Positions 13,430-25,500 of a DNA stretch of 64,000 nt are shown piece after piece. The stretch comes from Podarcis melisellensis (lineage: Eukaryota), in assembly GCA_964234715.1 (NCBI GenBank), contig OZ174280.1; one strand, written 5' to 3'. The translations under genes and the position numbers were made by a program. The notes beneath the pieces were generated by a model. It saw only the letters and a list, made by a program, of their open reading frames with translations, had not been told where the DNA came from and did not search any database. How positions within the stretch are numbered: position 1 is the stretch's first letter; each line of letters begins with the position of its first letter.

Positions 13430-14170
13430 AGAATTTATGCAGCGTGCCTTAAGGGGAGGACGGAAAACATGCTGTAAGATGTTACAGGCGCAGTAGCATT
13501 CCCTGCTTTTACCTATATTGTAAAATGTAGCTTCAACATACAGGCAGCCTTACGTTTTAGTAGCGATGCTCTGACATCGACTGAGGGGCGATGCCTCTGT
13601 TTGCCATGTTTGTATAGTGAAAATCGCATCAGAATTTGACTTTAGTGATATTAGTTTTACGACTACTCTCCACCCTGTACTTTATCGTCAAAATTTTAGA
13701 AAGTTTTTTCCACTTCAAGCGGGGAAACGGAACCAGCAAGTTCGAACTCTTGACGCTAGCCGAGCCACAATTGGTGTTGCACGTTCGGACCCAAGTGGGA
13801 AACGATTCTCGGATAAACGGGGACCGGAAGTAGTACTGGGATTCCCGTATCGGCGCTGCACAACTGGTGTCCGCTGCTGCTGGTTTAGGGTTGGTAGCGC
13901 GTGAAAGGAAAGCGTGAGGTACGGGGGAAGGGAAATGGGAATGTGCGTGGGGGATACGCTGGGAGTTGGGACTGAGTAAGAAATCGTGAAAAGCGGGAAA
14001 CTTGAGGCGCTCGGAGTTGATAACATGGTTTGGGGAGCCTGGGGCCATTTGAGCGGGCTGCAGCGTATGTGGAGGAGAGCTGGGGGCGTATCTTTCATTA
14101 GTATCCGGTGTCTTTTCCCTTGGGGCTCCGGAACTCCAGAGCTACCATAGGAAAAAGTCCACGCCAAAAC
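13430..14170 (+). promoter_or_regulatory. DMAP1: CpG-island-like promoter of DMAP1
   Basis: Sharp local CpG enrichment in otherwise CpG-depleted DNA, about 2 kb upstream of the first coding exon. Contains an ETS/GABPA-type ACCGGAAGT at 13823-13831, an inverted CCAAT (ATTGG) near 13770 and a TGACG half-CRE near 13751. No TATA box seen. Confidence 0.8.
13835..13918 (+). other. DMAP1: DMAP1 probable non-coding exon 1 (5'UTR); start approximate
   Basis: Lies just downstream of the ETS motif and ends at donor GAG|GTACGG (GT at 13919-13920), followed by G-rich intron-start sequence. Exon 2 has an acceptor 8 nt before its ATG, so an upstream exon is required. Confidence 0.6.
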
Positions 14171-14363
14171 ATCATGAAAAACATATATTTGTTGAAATGT
14201 AACGCTATCTCAATACTATTCCAGAAATATTGTTCCATTCATAATGCAACAATTCAGGCCGAAGATTGAACTCCCGAATTCCAACTAAGGCTGCCGTCCC
14301 AGCCCCACATGCTTGGGAGTAAGCTCCATTGAGTTTAGGAGGACTTCTGTCTGGGTAGACATA

Positions 14364-14583
14364 CAGTGGTACCTTGGGTTACATATGCTTCAGGTTACAT
14401 ACGCTTCAGGTTACGGACTCCGCTAACCCAGAAATATTACCTCAGGTTAAGAACTTTGCTTCAGGATGAGAACAGAAATCGTGCAGAGGCGGCAGCAGGA
14501 GGCCCCATTAGCCAAAGTGGTGCTTCAAGTTAAGAACAGTTTCAGGTTAAGAACGGACCTCCAGAACAAATTAAGTACCACTG
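14364..14583. mobile_element. Tc1/mariner (Tigger-like) MITE
   Basis: Termini CAGTGGTAC...GTACCACTG flanked by TA on both sides (14362-14363, 14584-14585); internal tcaggtta repeats; nested in a short palindromic element. Confidence 0.85.
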
Positions 14584-15783
14584 TAGTCAGGATTGCACTT
14601 GACATTCTTATCAGGGAGCAGCGGGGCCATCTAAACTGCAGCCAGGCAGTAGTGGGAGAGGGCAGATGGGCAGAGACACTGCCTCCTCTGCAGCCCCGTT
14701 GTTCACAGTGGCTTGGGCAGAAGACAAGAGGGCAGGCAGAAACCTGCTCTGGGAACTGCTATAGCTTTCAGGTCCAATGGTCACCCACTCATGTTTCGTT
14801 TGGAGAGGAACAAGCCACGAGCCCAGGTTTGGATCACATAACTAGCCAGACCCTGACTTGTTTTGTCTGCAGTGCAGCAGGAACAGAGTAGGAATGCTGT
14901 GAGAATGTTTGAGCACTTGTCATGGATGTAGCCAGGATTTTTGTGGTGGCGGCAGGCCTCAGCTATGTATTTTTACTGATTTAGAGGGGGCAGCTACCCC
15001 CCCTTGGTTACACCCTTGGCACTTGTTCACTTTAAACTATAGTTTGTTTTAAACTATGGTTTAATGTGACATGCAAACCAGGCCAGTATCCCCTTCCTAA
15101 TGCTTGTCTACCTCCATATTTTAGAATAGTTGTTTATATAAACAGAATTTTATAAACAGAATTGTTTTGATATGATTTCTTATTCAACTTCTTTTTCTAT
15201 TTTATGTCGTGTCTGGGCCTGGATACCATTATATATTGGGCCGTGGATGCAAAGGAGCTCTTTTATTTAACTCTTGCTAATCAAGTTTGACACCAGGCAT
15301 GTGTGTAATCTACTAAAATTTATAAATTTTGGTTTGGCTAGATTACATAGATGTGACTATGTTTCCCCCCCCCCCCGCCCCTTCAGACATTCAGGTTTTC
15401 AAATAATTTGTCTGCTGCTTTTGACATAGACTGTTAGGAGGGAATAGCAAGAAGATTGATTTGTAGATAGACTTCTGTGATAGAGATAGCAAGGAGCAAC
15501 CATAGTAGATACAGACACATAGCTAACACGAAACGTCCATCCCCTAGGGGAAGTCTAGAAACCATGTTCTAGGATTCTAAGTCTTTATCAGATGCTGCCT
15601 GTGCTTTTCACATAATGCCAAATATCAGGTTCTGCAGTTTGGTGGAAAACACATGGGTACATGGAATAAACAAAGCTCTGGTCATTAGTCCCATGGGTAT
15701 AGAAGTTTCATGTGCTTGCCAAGACTGTTGCAGGTGCTTGTATTTTCTGTAAGTTAACTGTATGGAGAAGAGAAAATTCCTAA

Positions 15784-15826
15784 TAAGTAAGTAAGTAAGT
15801 AAGTAAGTAAGTGAGTAAGTAAGTAA
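15784..15826. repeat. (TAAG)n microsatellite with one interruption
   Basis: Direct read. Confidence 0.95.
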
Positions 15827-15952
15827 CAAGCAGTCTGTTGTATGTAGAGGGAGTCAACAAATTTCACAGCTAATTTTGTGAAGGCTAGTCTGTATCCTTT
15901 TGGCTTTTACTTAATTTTTAATTATGCCTTGCTTTTTATTTCAGGTGACAAA

Positions 15953-16054
15953 ATGACTACAGGAGCTGATGTCCGGGATATATTGGAACTGGGGGGCACA
16001 GAATCTGAGAACATAGGAACTATTAATAAAAAAGATATCATCAATTCTGATAAG
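15953..16054 (+). CDS. DMAP1: DMAP1 exon 2 (first coding exon; acceptor at 15944/15945), MTTGADVRDILELGG...IINSDK
   Basis: Matches the DMAP1 N-terminus (human MATGADVRDILELGG). tttcag acceptor, AAG|GTACAA donor, 102 nt. Confidence 0.97.
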
Positions 16055-16194
16055 GTACAAAAGGAGTGAGGAAAGGGGATAGGAGGAGGAGAAGCTTTGC
16101 GCTTGTAATTCTAAGCTATATGCATGCAACACAATCTTCTTTTTTTGGATCTTGCCAGCATGATTGCTGCACACAGCAATATTGTTTACCCTAT

Positions 16195-16244
16195 TCTTGA
16201 ACAAGTTGTAAGACTACTTGTCTTGAACAAGTTGTGAGACTACT
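16195..16244. repeat. 26-bp-period tandem duplication
   Basis: tcttgaacaagttgtaagactact(tg) followed by tcttgaacaagttgtgagactact, one mismatch. Confidence 0.9.
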
Positions 16245-17108
16245 CCTCTTAAAAAATAGAAATAAAAGATCAGATTCTTTTTCTTTTTTGACATATTACA
16301 CATTTTTCAGCATCCTCATTCTGTGCTGTCCCTATAGTTCTGCATTTGAGTGTCTAAAAAATGAATATCTCTGTACCTGCTGGTGAAAGCAATGTGGTAT
16401 CACTTATTTCAATTTTGTTTAATCTGTATACAGCATAAAGCTGGAGTGCATAATTTGAATGTCCTTTTTGGGCATAAGGAAAATAGCAATCCATTCTACT
16501 TTTGGTAATGATATTTACATTTTGAATAATATTCTTTACACTAGGATTTGCAGGGTCTCAGGATACCTCTCAGGCTATATTCACTGAAGGGCTCCTCTCT
16601 CTTGCTTTTTGCTGCTTCCTGTTTATATTTGTAGCATTGTTTACATTGTTGAGTATAAAAGAGAATCACACCTGCAGCAGAATGACAGAAATGTGGAGGG
16701 ATGGGAGTATTAGGGAAAGTTGGTTTGTCTGCGGAACTTTGGGAGGTCTGGTTGACACTGCAGGTATTTTCTGTCATCAAATAGAAATTGTGCTATCCTC
16801 TTAATCTTCACCTCCAGAATGTTCCTGCATTTTGAGAACTATGAGTAAAGTAGGAAGTGAAGACTTGGCAGGGAAGCAAAATACAAACAACATCCTCTTG
16901 CTGCTCATATGTTTTTGTACCAAGAGTTTAAGCTTGACTAAAGTTAGATCAGTAAAGCTGGATTGTGATGTTTTGAGGCACTGCATAGGAGAGAACAGAT
17001 GCAATCTGTCAGAAGTAAAAATCAGAATAAACAGAGATTGATGCTTATACTCCCACATAATTTTGGTGTTAAGGTTGCACAGCCTTTGATAAAAACCTTA
17101 CTTTTCAG

Positions 17109-17200
17109 AAAAAATCCAAGAAGTCATCGGAGACCCTCACATTTAAGAGACCAGAAGGAATGCACCGGGAGGTCTATGCTCTGCTGTACTCTGATAAAAA
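17109..17200 (+). CDS. DMAP1: DMAP1 exon 3, KKSKKSSETLTFKRPEGMHREVYALLYSDK(K)
   Basis: ttttcag acceptor, GTAAGT donor, 92 nt; diagnostic KRPEGMHREVYALL motif. Confidence 0.97.
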
Positions 17201-18137
17201 GTAAGTTTTGTTACCTGGATAGTTGGTGTTTTCCTTAAACCAGCCTCTCATCTACGTATTTGGCAGATGAAAGCCTTGACAAGTCTGTTCTTGAAAATTT
17301 ACTTTCTCCAGCTTTCGATAGTGTTTTTACCTTTAGCCCCTTCCTAGTATCTATGACTTGCTCTGCTGGAAGTGCTGTTTCAGCATTTTTGATCTCCATG
17401 ATCTAAATGTGTGAAGCCCTTTTGATATGTAAAAATTTCAGATGTTGAGGGCATGGAACTCTCCTTTTAAAAAGAATGTTGGGAAATACTGAATTGATTA
17501 TAAGAGGTGATTATAAGACCAACTTTTTGGGTTTTTTGGTTGGCTTTCTCATCTTTTGTAGAGGAATTAAACAGATGGGAAAAAATGATCACTAGAGCTA
17601 ACCTTGCTGCCCAGTGAGCCTTTAATAATACCACCAGCTCCATCTTTTATAGCTTCAAGCAAAGAGGCATCCCAATCCTGACACATACTTGTTCTTGGGA
17701 TCTGTCCTAGGAGATCTTTGGACATGCTCTTTTTTTAAGGTCTAACAGTTCCATTTGCCCTTTTTTTACACTTCATGCCAGTGAACATGAGCAGCAACTT
17801 GAGGAAGTGGAAAACCAGGCTCCGTGTCAAGAGCAGCTGCAAGCAGAGCTGCTACTAGCCAATGCACATCCAGGCTAAATAACGGGGTGGGGGTGGGACT
17901 GATTGCAGACTCTGTACCTCACTGGCCTATGTTCACGTAAGAGACTAATAAATTGTGACCCTCTTTGGTCTGTGGAGCTTTGGGTTGTGTGCTGAGTGTG
18001 TAAGATCAATCTACAGTGTTTTAGCTTTACACTGATCTTTAAGCATTCCTCAGAGATCATAGAAGGGGATTAATTATGCAAAATGAGCCTCGTGCAGACA
18101 ATAGGTTCCATTAATTTGTACCTTGTCTTTGTTTCAG

Positions 18138-18333
18138 GGATGCACCTCCCCTTCTTCCAAGTGACACAACGCAGGGCTACCGCACAGTTAAGGCAAAGCT
18201 GGGATCTAAGAAAGTGCGGCCTTGGAAGTGGATGCCTTTCACCAACCCTGCTAGGAAGGATGGGGCTATGTTTTACCACTGGAGGAGGGCAGCAGAAGAG
18301 GGCAAGGATTACCCTTTCGCCAGATTCAACAAA
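18138..18333 (+). CDS. DMAP1: DMAP1 exon 4, DAPPLLPSDT...VRPWKWMPFTNPARKDGAMFYHWRR...DYPFARFNK
   Basis: tttcag acceptor, GTATGG donor, 196 nt; phase continues from exon 3. Confidence 0.97.
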
Positions 18334-18610
18334 GTATGGAAGCTTGATCAGAGCTTGTATTAAGTATGAAGGCTTGAACAGAGCTTGTGAAATGGGAGTG
18401 GGTGGATAAATTTGTGCCAAAGTATCTCAAAGGACATCTCCAAATACCCTCTTTCTTTCACTTGCTATCTCTAGGGTTAATTCTCATACCAACTTCAAAA
18501 GTGTAAGACTGATTCTGGTATCACAGGACATTAAACTCTGCAGTATTCTTTAAATTTTTTAAATACTTGAGTACTGTGGGGCGTGTGCACTGTTGCTACT
18601 TATCAGTGTT

Positions 18611-18649
18611 GAATGAATGAATGAATGAATGAATGAATGAATGAATGAA
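18611..18649. repeat. (GAAT)9GAA microsatellite flanked by 15-bp direct repeats
   Basis: CTACTTATCAGTGTT at 18596-18610 and 18650-18664. Confidence 0.95.
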
Positions 18650-19530
18650 CTACTTATCAGTGTTCACACTGAACGTCCTGATTTGGAAGGCATCTAAGTA
18701 ACATTGGATAGTGCCTCAAAGCCACAAGTTAGCATGAAAAAGTCACAAAAAATTAGCAACACCCCCACAAACACAAAAAATTATGTGAGGTCAGATTGGA
18801 CCAGGAGCATTGCAAACTTTATTATACTGTGACATATGAAACTGAAATTCTTTCCAGTAGAGTTGGCGCCCCCAGGGTAGAGTTGAACATTTGTTAGATG
18901 CCCAAACAAGCTTTGTATTTCTGCTTTTTATACTTCTGATGTAGTGTCCCGAGTGGAGGTTGTGTTAGGAGAGAGGCACATTCCTCAGATGCGATTATCA
19001 CGTGTACATCTTCCCCCTGTGTTATGTTGAAAGCAGAAAAAATAGATTATCAACTGGGAACACATTTGTGGCTGTTCATATAAGGAGATAGCATTGAGTA
19101 AAGGTGCAGTTGCCCCCAAGATTGAGAGGCCCGCCATGTGTGACATCACATGCAATGGTGCATCGTCAGGAGGAGGCCGAGTGCTCTGAAGGAACCGGCC
19201 ACTAAAGCTGCGCCACATTTGGCTGTGTGCTTAGCCTCCTCTGCCCCTTAAACATTGGGGGCCCAGGATTGAGTAACAGATAAAACTAATGGATGGAACT
19301 AGCGGCCCCCACTGTATCATTTGGGTGGCAGCAAAGATGGGATGCGGGAAATAAAGCTTACATTTTGAAGATACTTGTGATTGGGGCATAGAAGAGGGCA
19401 ACTGGATTTCTTTCCTGTGAAATCGTGGGTTTGTTTTACCTCAAAGTAATCCTGCTAGATGAAACAATCCTGCATGAGGGGGAGCATGTTGTGCAAGCCG
19501 TCTCATTCAGTCTGTTATTTCCTTCTGCAG

Positions 19531-19689
19531 ACAGTGCAAATTCCAATTTACTCAGAACAGGAGTATCAGATGTACCTTCATGATGATGCTTGGACCAAAG
19601 CTGAAACAGACCACCTCTTTGACTTATCCAGACGGTTCGATCTTCGCTTTGTGGTCATTCATGACCGTTATGACCACCAGCAGTTCAAA
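19531..19689 (+). CDS. DMAP1: DMAP1 exon 5, SANT/Myb-like domain start (TVQIPIYSEQEY...WTKAETDHLFDLSRRFDLRFVVIHDRYDHQQFK)
   Basis: ctgcag acceptor, GTAAGT donor, 159 nt. Confidence 0.97.
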
Positions 19690-20049
19690 GTAAGTGCCTG
19701 TCAGCTAATACCGTCTACAGTGAAGTTGCCATGGTGCAGCTTGTTGAATAAAACTTATTTTCAGTTGAAGGATCTGCAGACGTGGACAATGCAGTATGCT
19801 GGTTAAAATAATACATGCCTGTTAAGGGTTCCTGAATTCTCTTCCTGAAGTTTTGTGTGAAACATTATAAGCACCAGCTGCATTGAGTAAGAGACTTACA
19901 AAAGCAAGGGAAAGCTGGGTTGTTAAGCTCTGAGAGGCATCTCAACAGTGTGTATTTGAAGGTGGGATGGCTAGGACAGAATAGGGATTCTGTTGGTGTA
20001 CTACCCACCCTGTCACTCAACAGTCTCATTTCCTGAGCTAGCAGGGGTA

Positions 20050-20345
20050 GTCTTGGTGTTGGAGTCCTCTCAGCTTGTTGTGCTGGAGAACTTCAACATT
20101 TGTGCTGATGCCTTGTCAGACCTGGCTCAGGTTTTCATGGCTGCCATGACAACCATGAGTCTGTCCTAAGTAATCTGGCCCTACCCATGCTGCAGGGCAC
20201 ATTCTGGACTTGGTTTTTTGTGCTGGATCGGATTGTGGTGATCTTAGCGTGGAGGAACTTTCTGTTAGCTCCACTGTCATGGACTCGCTGGAGCTCATAA
20301 CTTTAGTGGGTGTGTGGGTGTGATTAAGATGGTCCACCCTAAGAG
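20050..20345 (+). mobile_element. Degenerate L2 endonuclease fragment
   Basis: Nucleotide similarity to 27420-27690 (acttcaacat, ttcatggcyrccatgaca, gatggtccaccct). Confidence 0.7.
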
Positions 20346-20984
20346 GCAAGGTATCTGGAGTGTGCTCCTTTATTCAGCCCTGGGCCCTCTGGTTGGGAGC
20401 CTCCCTTACTCCAGCAAAGGAACAATCAGCAACCCACTTTAAGCTTCCAGTAGCTCCTTTGAATCCCCACCCTTACTTGCCCTACACCTGACGTCATGTG
20501 CAAGGAGAAGAACTAAGTTGATTAAGCTAGAAAAATAATTTTAGGGTTCCTATTGCTGGGTAACTAATTAAGTGAGGTGAGATGGAGAGTGTTAGTGAAG
20601 ATGTTGCCATGGAATCAGGGGATATGGAACAGAGGATTTTGGAGAATGGCTATATTTTTAATAAAATTGTATTGGTGAGGGAAGATCCAGTCCTGTCTTG
20701 ATGTGTGATTATTGAATGAAGAGCAACAAAGCCTTGTATGTAGCATGGGATCACCATCTTGTGATACCTAGCCCTGGATACTACTGCCCAGAGAGCGATA
20801 AGATGCTTTGCAGATACTGGAAATAAATAAAACTATTTCCTGTGATAGAGTTCACTCATTGGCGCTAATTACAATAATTTCCCTAACATTTCTCTGATGC
20901 TTTGTTCACGTTGCATAACTTTAAGCTATTTTTTCATGGTGTTAGATTTCTTTAAGCTCAGTTGTATCCTTGTTCTCTCCTTAG

Positions 20985-21152
20985 AAGCGGTCGGTGGAAG
21001 ATTTAAAGGAGCGCTACTATCACATCTGTGCCAAGCTGGCCAACATCCGTGCTACCCCAGGCACTGACTTGAAAATCCCTGTTTTTGATGCTGGCCATGA
21101 AAGGCGCCGAAAAGAACAGCTAGAGAGGCTATATAATCGGACACCAGAGCAG
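20985..21152 (+). CDS. DMAP1: DMAP1 exon 6, KRSVEDLKERYY...FDAGHERRRKEQLERLYNRTPEQ
   Basis: ccttag acceptor, CAG|GTAATG donor, 168 nt. Confidence 0.97.
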
Positions 21153-21506
21153 GTAATGTCAGGAAATGTTGCAAGGCAGCCTGGCCTCACATTATCTTAC
21201 ACTGGATCTGTAGCTATAGCTCATCACTTCTGGGTATTCCCCAATGCCCTTCAGGGCTGCTAATGTGACTCCTCTTGGAGGTAGTAGTAGGTGCACCTGT
21301 CATCCTCTAAGAGTCATTTATCAAGTAATGGGCATACACATATTAAGTGATCGATGTGAATAATGGAATAACTACTAAAAAACAAAGTGTGTTATAATAT
21401 GTTTTATTTGAGTTTTGTCATAGAAGCGTAGTGCTGATTACACTTGTCAAGTTCTATCTCTGGATTTCAGACAATGCATTTAGCATATTTATCCTTTCAG
21501 TAATGC

Positions 21507-21641
21507 AGTGGTGTCCACACTTTTTTCAAAGAGGGCCCTAGATTTGATGAAGTGAAGGGCTGTGAGGGCCAACCAAAGGGCCAAAGAGCTTTTTTGGGAT
21601 GGGCCAGATTAGGTCCCCAAAACGGATTTTGGACATGTCTG
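21507..21641. mobile_element. hAT-like MITE
   Basis: cagtggtgtcca...tggacatgtctg imperfect termini with internal gggcc repeats. Confidence 0.5.
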
Positions 21642-22339
21642 CACTACTGCATGGGTAATTGCATTACCTGGAGAAAAACAGTTGCTTTCATGAAACACCC
21701 TGGGCACACCATCGTTTTGTAGCTTGTAGTTTGTATTTTGTAGCTCGTAGTTTGGTGGTGAAGGTGCTGGCAGCAACTGCCTGATCTGAGCTGAGAATGT
21801 TAATAAACATTCATATTTCTGAGGAAATGAAACAAAGTGAAAGGTAGGTTTGACTGTGTTAAACACACTCAGAAAGCTCTGTGAGCAGGAGTATCTGTGA
21901 GGGTATAGCTAGGGCAGCCTGTGTGCTGAAAATGGGGGAAGGGGTCAAGAAAGGAAAGGCATGGACTTGTAAATTATGTGTGGTGGAAGAAAGTGAGACT
22001 GTGAAGAGCCCTTATATAGGCAGGAGATATGAAAAGAGAGACAATGAGATAGTGACATTAACAACGTATAATCTATATACTACAGCCTGCTATGTACATT
22101 GTGAGAGCTTTGGAATCTGATTGGCTGTGGAATCTAGTATTTCAAGGCTTCATGAGCCTTTAAAAATTGCTTGGGTGAGAACATTGTACTATTTGTTGCT
22201 GCTTTTGTCTCTCTAGTAGTATATTACTTGGCTCCCAGAAGACCACAGGGCAGGTGAAACCCAGGCCAGAAGCACATCTGTTGCCATTAAGTGGCCCCTT
22301 TGGATTGCTTTTCCAGTCATGTTTCCTTTTCACCTGTAG

Positions 22340-22525
22340 GTGGCAGAGGAGGAATATCTAATCCAGGAGTTGCGGAAAATCGAAGCCAGGAAGAAAGAGA
22401 GGGAGAAGCGAACACAAGACTTGCAGAAACTCATCACCGCCGCTGACACCACCACTGAACAAAGACGTGCAGAGCGCAAGGCACCTAAGAAGAAGCTGCC
22501 ACAGAAGAAAGAGACGGAGAAGCCT
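22340..22525 (+). CDS. DMAP1: DMAP1 exon 7, VAEEEYLIQELRKIEARKKERE...KKLPQKKETEKP
   Basis: ctgtag acceptor, weak CCT|GTAAAT donor, 186 nt; charged coiled-coil region. Confidence 0.95.
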
Positions 22526-25500
22526 GTAAATATCTTGTGCCTGCCCTCTTTGTTAGGGCTCTACCTTGCCATTTGTCTGCCGCGGCCTGGGGCAGGGAGT
22601 GAGGGGTGGTTTGCCGGTCCTCACCATATAAGCATTGTTTCTGTGTTTTTGTTTGTTTCTTTTTAGACCCTCATATCTCTTGGGGTGTGGAGAAAAGTTG
22701 GGTTTCAATCATAGCAAGCTGCAGAGGGATTTTGGTTAAGATGGAAGGACTTGAAAGTGCTGCACTAGGAAGGAGAGAAACTGGACTCATGCAAAGCCCT
22801 CTCAGAGAGCAAGCAGTTCAGTGGTTAGTGAATACACAGCAAGGAACTTGCTCTTCTTTGTGCCATGCAGCATAGCAACACGAGGGGAGATTAGGGAAAT
22901 TTGAAAGAAGTACATTTTTCAGCTGGTTTCTTCTTAAAAAATTACAGTTACAGGATGAGGTAGTGGTCAGACTCCCTTCTCGGGTTTCCCAGGGCTTCTG
23001 GGTCTGGCATAATTGACAGGTTTGCAGAGGAATTGAAGCTCTTCCAATCTAGGGTTAAGCCAATATTTTTGAAATGTTAAAAGAGAATGATCTTTAGTTG
23101 ATGTTCCTGCCCTCACCTGGAACAAGTGTTTTTATGCCTTCCTAAAACCTCAAGATGGTAGGTGTAAATGGATAACATAAGGAGCAGCATTGACATTCAT
23201 TTATTTATAAAGAAAAAAATTATATACAACCACACACAGAACACCAAGGTGGTGTACAAAAAATACCAATGTAAATGCAATGCCTCTTTGCCGCTCTACC
23301 TTTCCTATGTTCAGTTGTGAACTCCTCACTCATTCTATGAAATATCAGACCACAATATGATTTACATGTTGTGAGTGGTGGAACAACAGAATATCTTAAT
23401 AATATATGAAATGTCTAGCACTGTGTTTTATTTAGAATACACTGAGGAATTACCGCATTGACTCCATGCAGTTTCTGGGGAAAGGACTCTGCCTTTCAGA
23501 TGGCTGTAACGAGTGAGATGAGTAGGGAGAAGCCACTACACACTTAAAAAGAAAAGGAAAAATAGTTTGCACCACTTTGTGTCCCTACAGGCTTACTGCT
23601 TGTTATGACTGCTCTGCTGACTTGGGTTGGGCTGCCCTGAAGGTTTGTGGTTTCAGTTTCCCTTTGCCTCTTAGTCAGCCAGATTGTTCCATGCCATGCA
23701 GCATGTGGAATCAAATAGCCACTCAAAATGCTTGAGGCGTGTTTGGCTGTCTCCCCCAGTATTGCCTGGGGCCCTTGTGCCTGCCTATAGGTAAGCACCT
23801 CAGGGCTCCTGAAGGCAGCTTCTGTTGTTGCACTAGTGCTGTTTCAACCATGACAGAGTCCATTAGGAGTCAATTACCAACTGTAGCAGGGAAATGTGTG
23901 TGTGTTTTTTTTGAAAAAAAAAATGCATTTTAACTAAGAATTTGAATTGAGGGCTGTATCAGCATCATCTCAACAAAGGGAAGTCATTTACCAAAGAGTC
24001 AATTGAGGTTGAAGCATTTACAGCTCATGCTGGCGTGTGAGGGATAGCAACCTGTTTAATTGCTCTGATGTGAGGTGAAGACAGACTGTGCAGTGTGGGA
24101 GGGAGTTAGTGTGTCCCTCATTTTCATTAGGGATTAGGCAGATAATTGTCAAGGGGAGATGGCAGGGGCATGCCCAAAACTGCTCCAGGATTCTCTTGAA
24201 CAGAATAACATGGAGAAGTTTGGTTGCATCAGTGCCTTTAATATGGAGCAGAGTCTGCAGGTCCCAGCATGCATTGCTGCTGATCCAGTCGGTGTAGAGT
24301 TTACCTGTACCCCCTCCTGCTGCCATCACGGTAGTCCATCTTTCTTGCTTTGGTTTCAGGTCAACCTAGGCACTAGGTTCAAATTATAAACTAGAGACTG
24401 CAATAAAGTGTTCTTTAATACTGTGTGTGTCAGGCTAAAGAGCCCCCACAACAGATTTTGACTCTTTGGTGAAGGGCCAAATGATAAAGGGAATTTGTCA
24501 TATTATCTTCCCTCCGGTGTCCCGAAGGGATAGAATAACTAATTTGTTGTAATCAACACAGTTTCCTGGGCTGTGAATGGGGGCTTTCCTTTGTTTGCAA
24601 CGTGGGAAATCAAATGGCATAGCTTCAACAGGTTAGGTCTTGGCCAAACACAAGTAAGAAAGTTTGCTGCTAAATGACGGGAGATAATTCCCTGCTCAGC
24701 GAATTATCTCAGTGATTATTGTACTAGTCATCAGTATTTCCTTGGGTTCACAGAATATATCAGTTGTCTCATGGATGATCCATGGTATATCTCTTTACAA
24801 TATTGAAATTTCTGGGTGGAAAGGCTTTTTTTAAAAAAATTAATGTTCAATAGAATGATGTGTTGGACTGGTGACAATTTTTCTTTTGAGAAGCATATAT
24901 GTATCAAAACATATATGTATCCAACTCAGCCCCTGTCTTCTGACTTCCAGTCAGCTTTAACAGCTTCCTAGGATTACTATAGCTCCCTTTTAATTAAGCA
25001 AGACCCATGTTATTTGGAGGCAAAGATAAAGGGATCTGCAATAGAGCTTATTATGTTGGGTTTCTTTCTTCCTCTGCTGAGGATATGCACACACGCTTTT
25101 AAAATTATAGCTTAATTGTCCAAGAATTTATTGTATTGAAGCATTTGTGAATCTGCAGTGTTTAAACAGCGGATAAATTACACGCTTAGCTTGTAATGGG
25201 AAAATATTTGGCTAGAAGAGAAAGACATTATTCCTGGTGAAAAATGCAAGGCACTATGAGATGGGTATATTTCCCCACAGCATGAAGTTCATGCAGGGAA
25301 CAAATGGCTAGAACAAGAATAGTAAAGTTGTTTAGTACAAATGGTACAGAAGTTAAATAGTTAATGGAAAGTGATACTAATCCTGGTTTATTGGCCGTAA
25401 ACATGGAACAGAAAACATGCAATGATCAGGTGGGGAAAGTTTAAAGATATTCTTAAATAAATCTTAGATTCTCAGGATTTTGAGAAGTCATAATTTTGCA

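Noticed and set aside
13617-14167. Several overlapping ORFs on both strands
   Set aside because: Expected by-product of the GC-rich promoter.
25200-25460. Possible L1 ORF2 C-terminal remnant
   Set aside because: Only scattered residues resemble the motif.
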